A stretch of 64,000 bases of DNA from Sedimentisphaerales bacterium (GTDB taxonomy: Bacteria > Planctomycetota > Phycisphaerae > Sedimentisphaerales > SM23-30). Shown one piece after another: positions 21,053-30,866 of the stretch. The notes under the pieces are model-generated. The model worked only from the letters and a program-made list of their open reading frames with translations, searched no databases and was not told the origin of the DNA. Numbering within the stretch: the first letter of the stretch is position 1; each line of letters starts with the position of its first letter. Made by a program: the position numbers and the translations under genes. Location: NCBI GenBank assembly GCA_963666285.1, contig OY762711.1; one strand, given 5' to 3'.

Positions 21053-21392
21053 AGCCTTCCCTTATACTTTCCTTAAAACATTCGGAACTTAACAGTTTCC
21101 GATATACATAAAAAGCTATCTATCTGAACGATAATACTTTTTGTTATACTTGTCAATATAGAAAATTAATATTTTCCATACTTGTATAATAATTGCCCGA
21201 TCGCTCAAAATGATAATATGAATTGTAACAATAATTTCACGCTTAAAATACCGAATCCGGCAATTATAAGCTACAGTATTTATATGTTCCAGGGACAGCC
21301 GCGTTATGCCGCCGTCCCCGAAACTGAGTTCACAAATATAACTGCAACTATTATATTATAGCTGATAAAAAAGCAAATATCATAAAAATTGC

Positions 21393-22382
21393 TTAACTTT
21401 TATAACCGTCCGGATGAGATTGATGCCATTTCCAGGCATCGGCGATAATATCCTTAATATCGGTATACTTCGGTTCCCAGCCTAACTGCTTGCGCAGCTT
21501 ATCAGCACCGGCCACCAGTCTGGAAGTATCACCACTGCGTCGGGGCAGGAATTTAGTCGCAATTTCTTTACCGACAACTTCTTCGGCCGCTTTTATAACT
21601 TCCAGAACAGAGTTGCCGTTACCGGTTCCAATGTTAAAGTAGTCAGCTTTTCCGGGTTCTACGGCCTCGACGGCACGTACATGAGCATCGGCCAGATCTT
21701 CGACATGGATATAGTCACGAATACAGGTACCATCCGGGGTAGGATAGTCATCGCCGAACACACCGATAAATTCACGCTGGCCCAGCGGAACCTGGAGGAC
21801 AAGCGGGATAAGGTGAGTTTCCGGATCGTGAGCTTCGCCGAAATTGCCATCTATATCGGCACCACAAGCATTGAAATAACGCAGGATAGTGAAACCGAGA
21901 CCATAAGCATCTTTATAATGATCAATAATCCGTTCAAGGGCATACTTACTGAAAGCATACGGACTGACAGGCAGTTTCGGAGATTCTTCTGTCAGGCAAT
22001 CGTCGCCATCGCCCAGCGGAGCAAATACCGCAGCGGTACTGCTGAAGAGCATCTTTTTTACACCGCAGTCGGTCATGGCATTCAGCAATGTTAATGATGC
22101 CGAGATATTGTTATCATAATATTCGCGTGGTTTCTCGCATGATTCGCCCACAGCGATATAAGAAGCGAAATGCATAACCGCATCGATCTGTTTTTCCTTG
22201 AATACACTGACAAGTTTATCGTAGTCGTTAATATCGCCAACGATCAGCCTGTCTTGAGGGACAGACTCTTTGAAACCCTTGCAAAGATTGTCATAGGCCC
22301 AAACTTCATGACCGCGTTTGAGCAGGGTTCTTACTACTGTGCTGCCGACATAGCCGGCCCCGCCAGTTGCCAAAATTTTCAT
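21393..22382 (-). CDS. galE: UDP-glucose 4-epimerase
   Basis: TGGAGYVGS, FSSTAA, YAFSK, LRYFNACGA, DGTCIRDYIHV. Confidence 0.95.
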   Translation of the reverse strand: MKILATGGAGYVGSTVVRTLLKRGHEVWAYDNLCKGFKESVPQDRLIVGDINDYDKLVSVFKEKQIDAVMHFASYIAVGESCEKPREYYDNNISASLTLLNAMTDCGVKKMLFSSTAAVFAPLGDGDDCLTEESPKLPVSPYAFSKYALERIIDHYKDAYGLGFTILRYFNACGADIDGNFGEAHDPETHLIPLVLQVPLGQREFIGVFGDDYPTPDGTCIRDYIHVEDLADAHVRAVEAVEPGKADYFNIGTGNGNSVLEVIKAAEEVVGKEIATKFLPRRSGDTSRLVAGADKLRKQLGWEPKYTDIKDIIADAWKWHQSHPDGYKS

Positions 22383-22416
22383 TACTTTCTTACTCCTATA
22401 AAAAAAGTTTTTCAAC

Positions 22417-22640
22417 TAGTGCAGTTTATGCTTCGTATCATATGTATGACGCACTTTTGACTGTTCAACATTACACGCAAAGGCCGAAACAGGGCCTTGT
22501 GAATGAAAAACTTTATATTTAATTGTATTTCCGAGCTAATTCTCGAAAGTACATTTAATTCAAAGCGTTGCAGGAAGGCCCTTTCAGGCGATTTACCAGA
22601 GGCACTTCGTTATTGCAACTTAAAAGCCGCTAAAGTAAAC
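22417..22640 (+). repeat. Repeat family A, copy 2 (most complete 5' end)
   Basis: TAGTGCAGTTTATGCTTCGTATCA...GACTGTTCAACATTACACGCAAAGGCC...AAAGTAAAC. Confidence 0.9.
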
Positions 22641-22647
22641 AACTATA

Positions 22648-24258
22648 CTATCTGATAAATCTCATTCTGCCGACGTCAGGCACCAGGTTCAAATTGCCAA
22701 ACGGTAATTTATGCCCCGCCGGCCAATAAACAAAGAATGCCTTGCCAATCAGGTATTCTTCCGGAACAGTTCCAGTGGTATAGACCGGCTGACGCTGCCT
22801 GTCATAGCCCATGCCGCCCCAGAATCTTGAATCACTACTGGCAGCGCTGTTGTCACCCAGAACAAAATATTCCTCATCGCCTAAAGTTATCGGGTGCCCT
22901 TCGGTGGCAAGACCTGGGCTGCCGAAACCGCCCGGTGTGACAGTATAGTGAGTATCACGGAAAAGTTTAATATTTTCCAGCTCAAATTTGCCGCCACTAC
23001 CGGCAAGAGAAACCGTTGGATAACTGTTTTGATCCTGACCGCGATAGCCCCAGTCAGCGGCATCGTTTGGCCCGTCGTAAACGATAAGGTCTCGTTCTGG
23101 GCCTTCACCAACCTGCAGGATAAACTGATGGTTGACTATGGCAAAAGACACCATTCTCTGCTGACCGGCCTTTAAAGGTTTGATATCCTGAGAACAGATT
23201 ACTTTATCGTTATACTCGTCAAATATTTCACATTTACCGGAGAAGTCGATAGACGCTCTATAAGTGCGACCGTATTTACTCATATAGAAATAGAGCTTAC
23301 CCTGATCTTCTGTCGGCTGACATGATGCCGAGATTTTCAGATCACTGGTAATATCCTGAGTTCTTCGATTAAAACTCTGCCAGCCGTTATAGGAGATAAA
23401 GTTTGAAACGAGTACTTTTAATCTCCCCTGCTGGAAAGTCATAATATCGGTAGAATCAGAGCCGTCAAAATAATACCGCTTGGTAATATCATCCTCTCGC
23501 CAGGCGGTATTTTCTTCCTGGGCCGGCAGAAAAGGTTTGTCCCAGCCGTTGACTGACCTCTCGGCAGGAGGCTGGTAGTTCTGGTCAAAAATCGGTATCC
23601 ACATAACATCCTGAACATTTTCCGGACGCGGCTGAATCACGTTATTGATATATACATCACCATCAATAATTTCGACAGTCTCTCCCGGTCTACCGATCAT
23701 TCTCTTGATATAGTTATCCTGTATAAGCGGATCAACACCGTTCTGACCATCGGGAGCAGGGTTTTTGAATACCACTACATCCCAGATATCCGGCTGTTTG
23801 AACTGATAGATATATTTCAGAACAAGTATCCTGTCGCCATTGCAGACATTTCTCTGGATACTATTGTCAATCAACGAACCGCAGTATGGACACAGTACAT
23901 CTATGTGCCTGACCCTGGACTGAACGACATTGATAGGGTTGCCAGGTAACTTATTAGTTTTATATCCATAATGACCGGGTACATAGCCATAATTATACTG
24001 ATGACCGCAATTTTGACAGACAAGCCTGAAATGGGCACCGCGAAGGGTATCGGCCATACTGCCGGTTGGAATAACAAAAGCTTCGATAACAAAGGCTCTA
24101 AAGACAAAAGCCAGTACAAAAGCGATTACCAGAGACTCAATTGTATCTTTCAGGCTATGGGCCGCACTGGCCTGACCCTGGACAAATTTTACCCGGCCGC
24201 CTGCAATATCCGAATTACCGTTTTTTGTATCAGTCACTATCTTCTTTCCAAACAACAA
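22648..24258 (-). CDS. lepB: Signal peptidase I, long planctomycete type with Cys-rich insertion
   Basis: EAFVIPTGSMADTL (catalytic Ser), NYIKRMIG (Lys), GDNSAASSDSR, GKAFFVYWP; CxxC pairs. Confidence 0.92.
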   Translation of the reverse strand: MLFGKKIVTDTKNGNSDIAGGRVKFVQGQASAAHSLKDTIESLVIAFVLAFVFRAFVIEAFVIPTGSMADTLRGAHFRLVCQNCGHQYNYGYVPGHYGYKTNKLPGNPINVVQSRVRHIDVLCPYCGSLIDNSIQRNVCNGDRILVLKYIYQFKQPDIWDVVVFKNPAPDGQNGVDPLIQDNYIKRMIGRPGETVEIIDGDVYINNVIQPRPENVQDVMWIPIFDQNYQPPAERSVNGWDKPFLPAQEENTAWREDDITKRYYFDGSDSTDIMTFQQGRLKVLVSNFISYNGWQSFNRRTQDITSDLKISASCQPTEDQGKLYFYMSKYGRTYRASIDFSGKCEIFDEYNDKVICSQDIKPLKAGQQRMVSFAIVNHQFILQVGEGPERDLIVYDGPNDAADWGYRGQDQNSYPTVSLAGSGGKFELENIKLFRDTHYTVTPGGFGSPGLATEGHPITLGDEEYFVLGDNSAASSDSRFWGGMGYDRQRQPVYTTGTVPEEYLIGKAFFVYWPAGHKLPFGNLNLVPDVGRMRFIR

Positions 24259-24692
24259 GTTATGAAACTTCCACTACCAAAAACATGCTCCTTTATAATA
24301 AGTTATAAAACATGCCGTAAATAAAAGTTACAATTTTTAATTATTTTTGCGTCAGATATTGTAACCGTAATATTTTTATAAATCTAGGCAAAACTGAAGC
24401 TAATGAAACGCGGCCAATACATGGCATTAAGCGATCATGTTAACTGAACAAGAGAAATCGAGGTTGAAAAAAACTGATTTTTCTTACAAATCCCGAAAGA
24501 TATCAAAACATTTCACGATATACATATATGGCGCATGACCTTGTCCGGCAGCTCTGAGGATAAACATCTATAATACAACTAGTTACATCACGACCGAACG
24601 GGTATTTTAGCTATTGCCGGTATAAATAAGCAAACAGCTTGCACAGCTAAACATTGCCAGATTGTTTTCAGAAATATATACGCCATAACCGG

Positions 24693-26213
24693 CTATTCTA
24701 TTGCCGACAGCTCTGCTTCATACTCTTTTGTCAAATCGACGACAGCATCCTGATAATCGATACATTTGTCCTCAAGTATTTCCAGATCTGCCCCAAAATA
24801 ATGATTGAAAATATGTCGATATGTATTGACCAGAGATAAATCATCAGGCAACTTATCATAATCATATCCAGGCAAGTATAAAGCGTTTAAATTGCCATAT
24901 TTTCTGAGTACCGAGACATCCTGGTTTTCATCCAGCATTCGCCATCGTAAACCATGATCGCCCTGGATAATAATAACAGGCGGCACTTTGGAATCAGCCT
25001 GAATATCACGGATAAGCTGCAATATAAGCTTATTTAGACCCAACAGGTGATTTTTGTAGCAAACTATCTGCTCTTCCCGAGACAAATCGATGGAACGCCC
25101 CCCTGATTGGATAGATGCGCCGTCGGCGTCTAAACACACCGGGTCGTGAGGAGACAATATATGGGAATACACAACTGCCGGACAAATATTTTCGTCTTTG
25201 ACAACATCACGAACAATTTTCCTGGTATCCATAATGGAATTGAACACCAGCAGGCTGTCAACATGATGCCGGAAAACCCGGAAAGGGGTATTGCCGATCA
25301 ACTCCATATGATAAGTGCTCCTGTACCCGGCGGAATACTGAATATCAGCTTTCCAGACTTTTCCCTGAGTAGCAACAGTCGGAGTAGTAACGGTAGTATA
25401 ACCGCATTTTTTCAAGAATGCGAACATCCTGTTATTATCCAGCAGGTTCTGCAAAACATACCGGGTCTTGAATTTTGTATATGATTCCAATTCCATATCT
25501 GTCAAATATCGATAGTTCAGCAGCGATGATGTTGACTGGGTTGTCATTGAATAATTGGAATGTGTCTTTGGCGGCACATAAAAGCCAAGACTTTTCAGTT
25601 CGTTAATAAAATCGCTGTTATCGATTCCCAATTCGGCTTTAAGCGAATCAGCGATCGGGTATTCATCCAAAATAAAATGATAAATATTGGGACAATTATC
25701 CGGTACTTTACCAGGTGCGACAACTTCTTTCGCCTGAACCGGGAACTGTTTAATAAAGTTGCTTTCCCGAATTTTAGCAGAAGCAAAATTCATAATACAA
25801 ACCAATATCATTACCATAGAAACAACATTAAACAAAACAGTAATTTTAGCTGATACTTTTTTTATTCTGCATAGCAATATGAAGACAGCCAAAAACAAAC
25901 CAGTAACCAGTAACAGTTCAGGATAGGTTCCAATATTTTTAATAATTCCGATTTTTCCTGCAAATGAACCTGCCTTGCCGTATGTAACAAGATATACAAC
26001 TAAAAACGCAGTTAAAAAAGCACACTTGTGAATATCTTTTGAAATTATTCCGCAGGCAAGCCAGAAAACAGAAGTTAACAGAACAGAAATAAACAGTGGG
26101 TAATAAGTATGACTTAAAGGGTGAATATACACATATTTCGTATATATAACGCAAACAAAGTTAATTGCCAGCAAAAAAGGATAGACAGGTATTTCACTTA
26201 ATTTATTTTTCAC
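24693..26213 (-). CDS. Membrane protein with alkaline phosphatase/sulfatase-like (LTA synthase-type) domain
   Basis: About five N-terminal TMs; PNIYHFILDEY, HILSPHDP, IIIQGDHG. Confidence 0.8.
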   Translation of the reverse strand: MKNKLSEIPVYPFLLAINFVCVIYTKYVYIHPLSHTYYPLFISVLLTSVFWLACGIISKDIHKCAFLTAFLVVYLVTYGKAGSFAGKIGIIKNIGTYPELLLVTGLFLAVFILLCRIKKVSAKITVLFNVVSMVMILVCIMNFASAKIRESNFIKQFPVQAKEVVAPGKVPDNCPNIYHFILDEYPIADSLKAELGIDNSDFINELKSLGFYVPPKTHSNYSMTTQSTSSLLNYRYLTDMELESYTKFKTRYVLQNLLDNNRMFAFLKKCGYTTVTTPTVATQGKVWKADIQYSAGYRSTYHMELIGNTPFRVFRHHVDSLLVFNSIMDTRKIVRDVVKDENICPAVVYSHILSPHDPVCLDADGASIQSGGRSIDLSREEQIVCYKNHLLGLNKLILQLIRDIQADSKVPPVIIIQGDHGLRWRMLDENQDVSVLRKYGNLNALYLPGYDYDKLPDDLSLVNTYRHIFNHYFGADLEILEDKCIDYQDAVVDLTKEYEAELSAIE

Positions 26214-27600
26214 TCTTATTCCTCATTAAATAAAGAATTCTTTCAGAACCAGGTATAGACTCCACATTAACGATATCAAAAAGGGTATTAAAAGCCTTTT
26301 CAAAACCTTCCCGTGTATAATGAGGGAATATATCATCCCTGGTTGCCAGCAGTTTTTTAACCTGCGAATCCTCTTTCGGTACAAACTCAATTATCAGGTT
26401 CCGCCCCACACCGGCAAAAAATTCTGCCAGTTTCTCTAATGGCACATTATTGCTTATTGCCAGATGGTGAATGAGAGCCAGGGCCATCACCAGATCAACC
26501 GGACCTCGCTGCACAAAGCTCATTCTTTCGGAATTGTTCCAGCCTATGGCACTGCTGGGATTTGTCAGGTCCAGCTGCAGCGGCAGTATAGTCTCACCTG
26601 TTTTGCGGGCGACAAGATAATTCTTCTCGACAGCAACAGGATCGATATCAAAAGCTACGGTATCAGCTCCAAGTTCCATCGCCAGCCTGCTGAATACCCC
26701 GGTATTGGCCCCCAGGTCCCAAACTGTTTTGGGTGATATATCTTTGATATAATTACTGATAATAGATTTCTTTGCATCTATCGAGTCATCAGAATAATTC
26801 GTATTGTTATAGTAATCACCCCATTCAGTATCAACTTCTTTCCATTTAAGCTTTCGCACCGCTTTTTCAAGGCTTTCAAGTATCCCGATATAACCAAATT
26901 TGCTCATTTTTCTGCCTGATGTGACAGATTTAGCATTAGTATCAGCAGCATATTTCGCCTGGGCCTTTGACAGCATATGGATATGCATTAAAATTCCAAC
27001 AGAAAACTTACTTCTGCCAGGTAAAAGTTTTGAAGCCAAATCGAGAGGGACACCATCGATAAATAACTCGCCAAGTTTACCAAGTCGAATATCACAATAG
27101 CTCATTAGAGCCAAAGGTGCGAGAAAATGCTGGCAAAACTGTTTATAGGCTTCCCACGGACTTCCTTCCTGATAAACTGCAAAACTAAGAGTGTCAATAA
27201 AAAATGGCCTGCTCTTAATGAATTGAATATTATAGGCACTGGCATCTTTTAAGGTCATCCCACATTCAAAAGCAAGTTTCTGAATTGCCAGAGTTGCCAG
27301 GGCGGCATCTTTCAGCTGGCTAAAACTCCATTCATATGGATAACTGATAAATGGAACCTGCTCAGGACAGATTACTTTATAAGCGGCGCCGGTTTCAGTT
27401 GAGGTAATATCATCAACTTCCACATGAGAAACCAGTAACCCTTCCCTGGCAAGCTTAGCATAAAGACCACATTCGAGAAAGAATTCGAAATCATTTCTGC
27501 CGGATTCATTTATTTGCCGATATATTTTTCCTTCCGGGCCTTTGAAGACAAATCCTGCCGGATCACGAAAGGAACAATCAGACAAATCTCCTTTGCTCAT
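26203..27600 (-). CDS. SAM-dependent methyltransferase, NoeA-like
   Basis: SFRDPAG, ISYPYEWSFSQLKDAA, LKDASAYNIQF, VWDLGANTG, LALIHHL. Confidence 0.85.
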   Translation of the reverse strand: MSKGDLSDCSFRDPAGFVFKGPEGKIYRQINESGRNDFEFFLECGLYAKLAREGLLVSHVEVDDITSTETGAAYKVICPEQVPFISYPYEWSFSQLKDAALATLAIQKLAFECGMTLKDASAYNIQFIKSRPFFIDTLSFAVYQEGSPWEAYKQFCQHFLAPLALMSYCDIRLGKLGELFIDGVPLDLASKLLPGRSKFSVGILMHIHMLSKAQAKYAADTNAKSVTSGRKMSKFGYIGILESLEKAVRKLKWKEVDTEWGDYYNNTNYSDDSIDAKKSIISNYIKDISPKTVWDLGANTGVFSRLAMELGADTVAFDIDPVAVEKNYLVARKTGETILPLQLDLTNPSSAIGWNNSERMSFVQRGPVDLVMALALIHHLAISNNVPLEKLAEFFAGVGRNLIIEFVPKEDSQVKKLLATRDDIFPHYTREGFEKAFNTLFDIVNVESIPGSERILYLMRNKSEK

Positions 27601-27857
27601 TCTTTTTCTCCCGCTGCAATACTATCAGATTCTTCGGTTTGGTCGTCATTTTTATCGGAAGAAAAAAATGACAGAATATTTCTCCAAAACAACTTAATTG
27701 CTACCCCGGCACCAACAACCGAAGCAATAATCATTTGAAATATCATCGCCCCGGAACCAGGGTCCAGATAACCTAAAATTCGCGTATCTGAAGCAGAACA
27801 CATCGAAGAAAATGATATGATAATCAACAGAAAAAACATAGACCTTGTAAGAATCAT
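27597..27857 (-). CDS. Small membrane protein (YLDPGSG motif)
   Basis: Signal-like N-terminus, YLDPGSGAMIFQ plus TM; ATGA overlap with methyltransferase. Confidence 0.75.
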   Translation of the reverse strand: MILTRSMFFLLIIISFSSMCSASDTRILGYLDPGSGAMIFQMIIASVVGAGVAIKLFWRNILSFFSSDKNDDQTEESDSIAAGEKE

Positions 27858-27994
27858 ACTCTACAACTCCAACTATTTTAATAACTTACATGTAATAATT
27901 ACTATTAAAATCCTAATTAAAAAATTATCATACTGTTAATATAATTTTATTATACAAAATATGATTAGATATCCCAACCCTTAATAAAGGATAT

Positions 27995-28045
27995 AAAAAA
28001 AAGCATTTCAGCTTCCAGGAAAAACCGGAAACCAAAATGCTTTTA
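27995..28045 (-). terminator. Probable terminator after oxidoreductase fusion
   Basis: AAAGCATTT...AAATGCTTT stem with inner TTCC/GGAA; A-run on + strand. Confidence 0.55.
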
Positions 28046-28109
28046 TTTGATATATATTTCAGCTGTAAGCGAATTTCAAAGATTTGTTTCGCCGCAGCTA
28101 AAACGAAAT

Positions 28110-30599
28110 TTACTTAGTTATAGAAATCGCGTCCAGGTTAGGACCGTTTTCTATCGCAACCAGCTTAACGAAGTTGCCCCCGCCTTTATGGAATTTGGCT
28201 TTAATCTTTTCAATCTTCCAATTAGTCCAGCTGCCGGTTTGTTTGAACTTAACAACGCCAACCTTCTCATTGTTGACAAAGAGGTCACATGGCCTGTCAC
28301 TACCTTCAGCGGCATAACGGAAATTGAGTGTATACTGACCAGCTTCACCGGCCAGGATATTATCCCATTCAACAGAAGAACCGGAACCGGCAAAGTCGGC
28401 AAAACCGACACCCTGGAAACCTTTATTGTTGCTGGCAACAGCAGTACCGCCGCCCAGCTTGGCTTTTTCTGCTTCATAAGCATCACCGTCCATCTTGGAC
28501 TCTACCGCCTTGGCTTTAGCAGCTTCGCGGTGTGGGTAGAAGATATCGCCGCCAACACCAAGATCCTTGATACGCAGGTTACGGAACTTGTATTCGAGGC
28601 CTTTTTCACCATGATGCTGGATACCGATAAAACCTTTAAGGTCCATGCCGTCATAGATATCTGTAGTCTTAACATCGTTAACAAAAATCTGAATATGCTG
28701 ACCGATACATACGATGCGATATTTATTCCACTCGCCCTGCTTATAGCATTCACCGGCACGCTCGCGGAATTCGGCAATTGATTTATCAGCCGCTTCTTTG
28801 CTGTCAGCCTTATCGCGATTTGGCGAGACAAACCACATTCTACGACCTTCATCATAAAGTCCGCCGGACCATTTACGATCAGCAGTATCAACCTCAGCCT
28901 GATACCCCCAGGCCCTGTTCTTACTATACTGACAACGGAACATAAATCCAGAATTACCATTCTTAACCGGCATCTTGATCTCAGCTTCAAAGACGAAGTT
29001 CGCATATTCCTTTTTGGTCAGCAGGAACCACTTATCTTTTTCTGTGGTCAGAGTAACTTCACCATTTTCAACCTTGGACTGTCCCCAGCCATAAGGGTTA
29101 AACCACTTGCTCATAGAACTGTCAACCAGGTCTTCCCAGCGAGCTTTCTTTTCGGACAGAATACGTGAGCTCTTGGAAGTAACCAGAGCAAAATTATCAT
29201 AAGCATTCCAGTCTTCACGAACTTCCGGACCTTTGAGTGCCTTGTTAGCTTCGGCATGGTTTGTAATACGCATATTCGCGGCATCGTATTTGAGAGTACC
29301 GCCAAATCTCTGGCCGATACAGCCGAGAGCCAGCATTTCGCTAAGCGGAGCACCAACCTCGAATGGAGAATTTGCAGGCTCAATGCCCTGACAAGCGTTC
29401 AGGAAGTTCTTCATATGGTTAGGAAGCGGACCCTTAACAGCTCCGATTTCACCTGATTTACGTTTTGCTTCCAGACCGTCGTTATTGATAAACTGATAAT
29501 CAGCTCCATGGCTGCGTCCCAGAACAATATCTTTTCCGGCATATGTAATAGAACCAACATTACCCATATCTTCTTTCTTGAAGCAGCTTGGCGGAGTTGG
29601 ATGATGATCCTTACCATCCCACCAGTTTAGTTCAAGAGCAGGCATATCGCCGCGAGCTTTAAACTTGAATGTGATGACAGAACCCTGAGGGAAGTACAGA
29701 TCGCTAGGACCATATGTCTTTGTACTGATTTCGTACGGGCTGCCCAGTTTGAGGTAACGATGGAACGCATCCAGAACGTGTGCTCCCCAGTCACCCATAC
29801 AGCCATCACCAAACTCATACCAGCATCTCCAGTTACCGCCTACCATCTTGTCACTGTATGGACGGAACTGACGACGACCCAGCCACAGGTCCCAGTCAAA
29901 ACCGGCCGGTGGTGTGTCCTGCGGATAATCGGTGTCTGTCCAGCCATGCCAACGACGACTGTTTGTCATCCAGGCATCAATCCTGGTAATATCTTTGATA
30001 ACGCCCTCTTCAACCAGTTTGGCAAACTGTTTGGTGCCATGTTCAGAGTGCCCCTGGTTACCAAGCTGTGTTACGACACCTTTACATGCCTTAGCAGCTT
30101 TTTCCAGCAGACGACATTCGTAAACATTCTGAGCAAGCGGTTTTTCAACATATACATGCTTACCCAGCAGCATAGAGTGAAGAACCGGAGGGAAATGAGT
30201 ATGGTCAGGAGTAGCAATAACTACCGCATCGATTTTATCATGCATCTTTTCGAACATTTCGCGATAGTCAACAAAACATGGGACATCCGGGTATTTCTTG
30301 TGATGACTGCCATGCTCAGTAAAAAGCAAATCAGAGAAAGCAACCAGTTCAACCTGGTCTTTGTTAGACATCATCCAATCAAGAACCTGTCCGCCTCGGT
30401 TATATACACCGATCTGAGCAACTCTTATCTTTTTGCCCTTTGGAACAAATTTCGGTGTGTAAATTGGTGCAATCTCATCTTTCCCAAACAAGCTGTTATC
30501 GCCAAACATTAATACTGGCGGAGTATATAACATAGCTTTCAAAATATCACGTCTGGAAACACCCTTAATACCTTTAAATTCTGGATTTAATTCTGTCAT
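28110..30599 (-). CDS. Gfo/Idh/MocA oxidoreductase - DUF1080 (3-keto-glycoside hydrolase-like) - CBM35/CBM6-like fusion
   Basis: Tat-like SRRDILK; IATPDHTH, HVYVEKPL, GDWGAH; DUF1080 motifs NSGFMFR, GYQAEV, WNKYRI, GFIGIQHH; C-terminal YEAEKA...FRYA...WTNW...NLDAI. Confidence 0.85.
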   Translation of the reverse strand: MTELNPEFKGIKGVSRRDILKAMLYTPPVLMFGDNSLFGKDEIAPIYTPKFVPKGKKIRVAQIGVYNRGGQVLDWMMSNKDQVELVAFSDLLFTEHGSHHKKYPDVPCFVDYREMFEKMHDKIDAVVIATPDHTHFPPVLHSMLLGKHVYVEKPLAQNVYECRLLEKAAKACKGVVTQLGNQGHSEHGTKQFAKLVEEGVIKDITRIDAWMTNSRRWHGWTDTDYPQDTPPAGFDWDLWLGRRQFRPYSDKMVGGNWRCWYEFGDGCMGDWGAHVLDAFHRYLKLGSPYEISTKTYGPSDLYFPQGSVITFKFKARGDMPALELNWWDGKDHHPTPPSCFKKEDMGNVGSITYAGKDIVLGRSHGADYQFINNDGLEAKRKSGEIGAVKGPLPNHMKNFLNACQGIEPANSPFEVGAPLSEMLALGCIGQRFGGTLKYDAANMRITNHAEANKALKGPEVREDWNAYDNFALVTSKSSRILSEKKARWEDLVDSSMSKWFNPYGWGQSKVENGEVTLTTEKDKWFLLTKKEYANFVFEAEIKMPVKNGNSGFMFRCQYSKNRAWGYQAEVDTADRKWSGGLYDEGRRMWFVSPNRDKADSKEAADKSIAEFRERAGECYKQGEWNKYRIVCIGQHIQIFVNDVKTTDIYDGMDLKGFIGIQHHGEKGLEYKFRNLRIKDLGVGGDIFYPHREAAKAKAVESKMDGDAYEAEKAKLGGGTAVASNNKGFQGVGFADFAGSGSSVEWDNILAGEAGQYTLNFRYAAEGSDRPCDLFVNNEKVGVVKFKQTGSWTNWKIEKIKAKFHKGGGNFVKLVAIENGPNLDAISITK

Positions 30600-30866
30600 T
30601 ATGATCTCCAATATTGCGGGTTATTATTTTGCGCGGTTGATATTCAACGATATATCAATATAAGTAGGAATTTCAATTATATTCTTTGACATTAATCGAT
30701 TCAAGCATTATTGACAGTTAGATACAATCATTCGCATATAGTGCAAGAAAATATGAATATTGCACTATAATACAGTTAATATTAAGATTCTCAAAGCAAA
30801 TACAAAATTTATTGTACAATAATCTAATAGCAACTAATGCCTGATTCGCATTTAAACCACTTGAGT

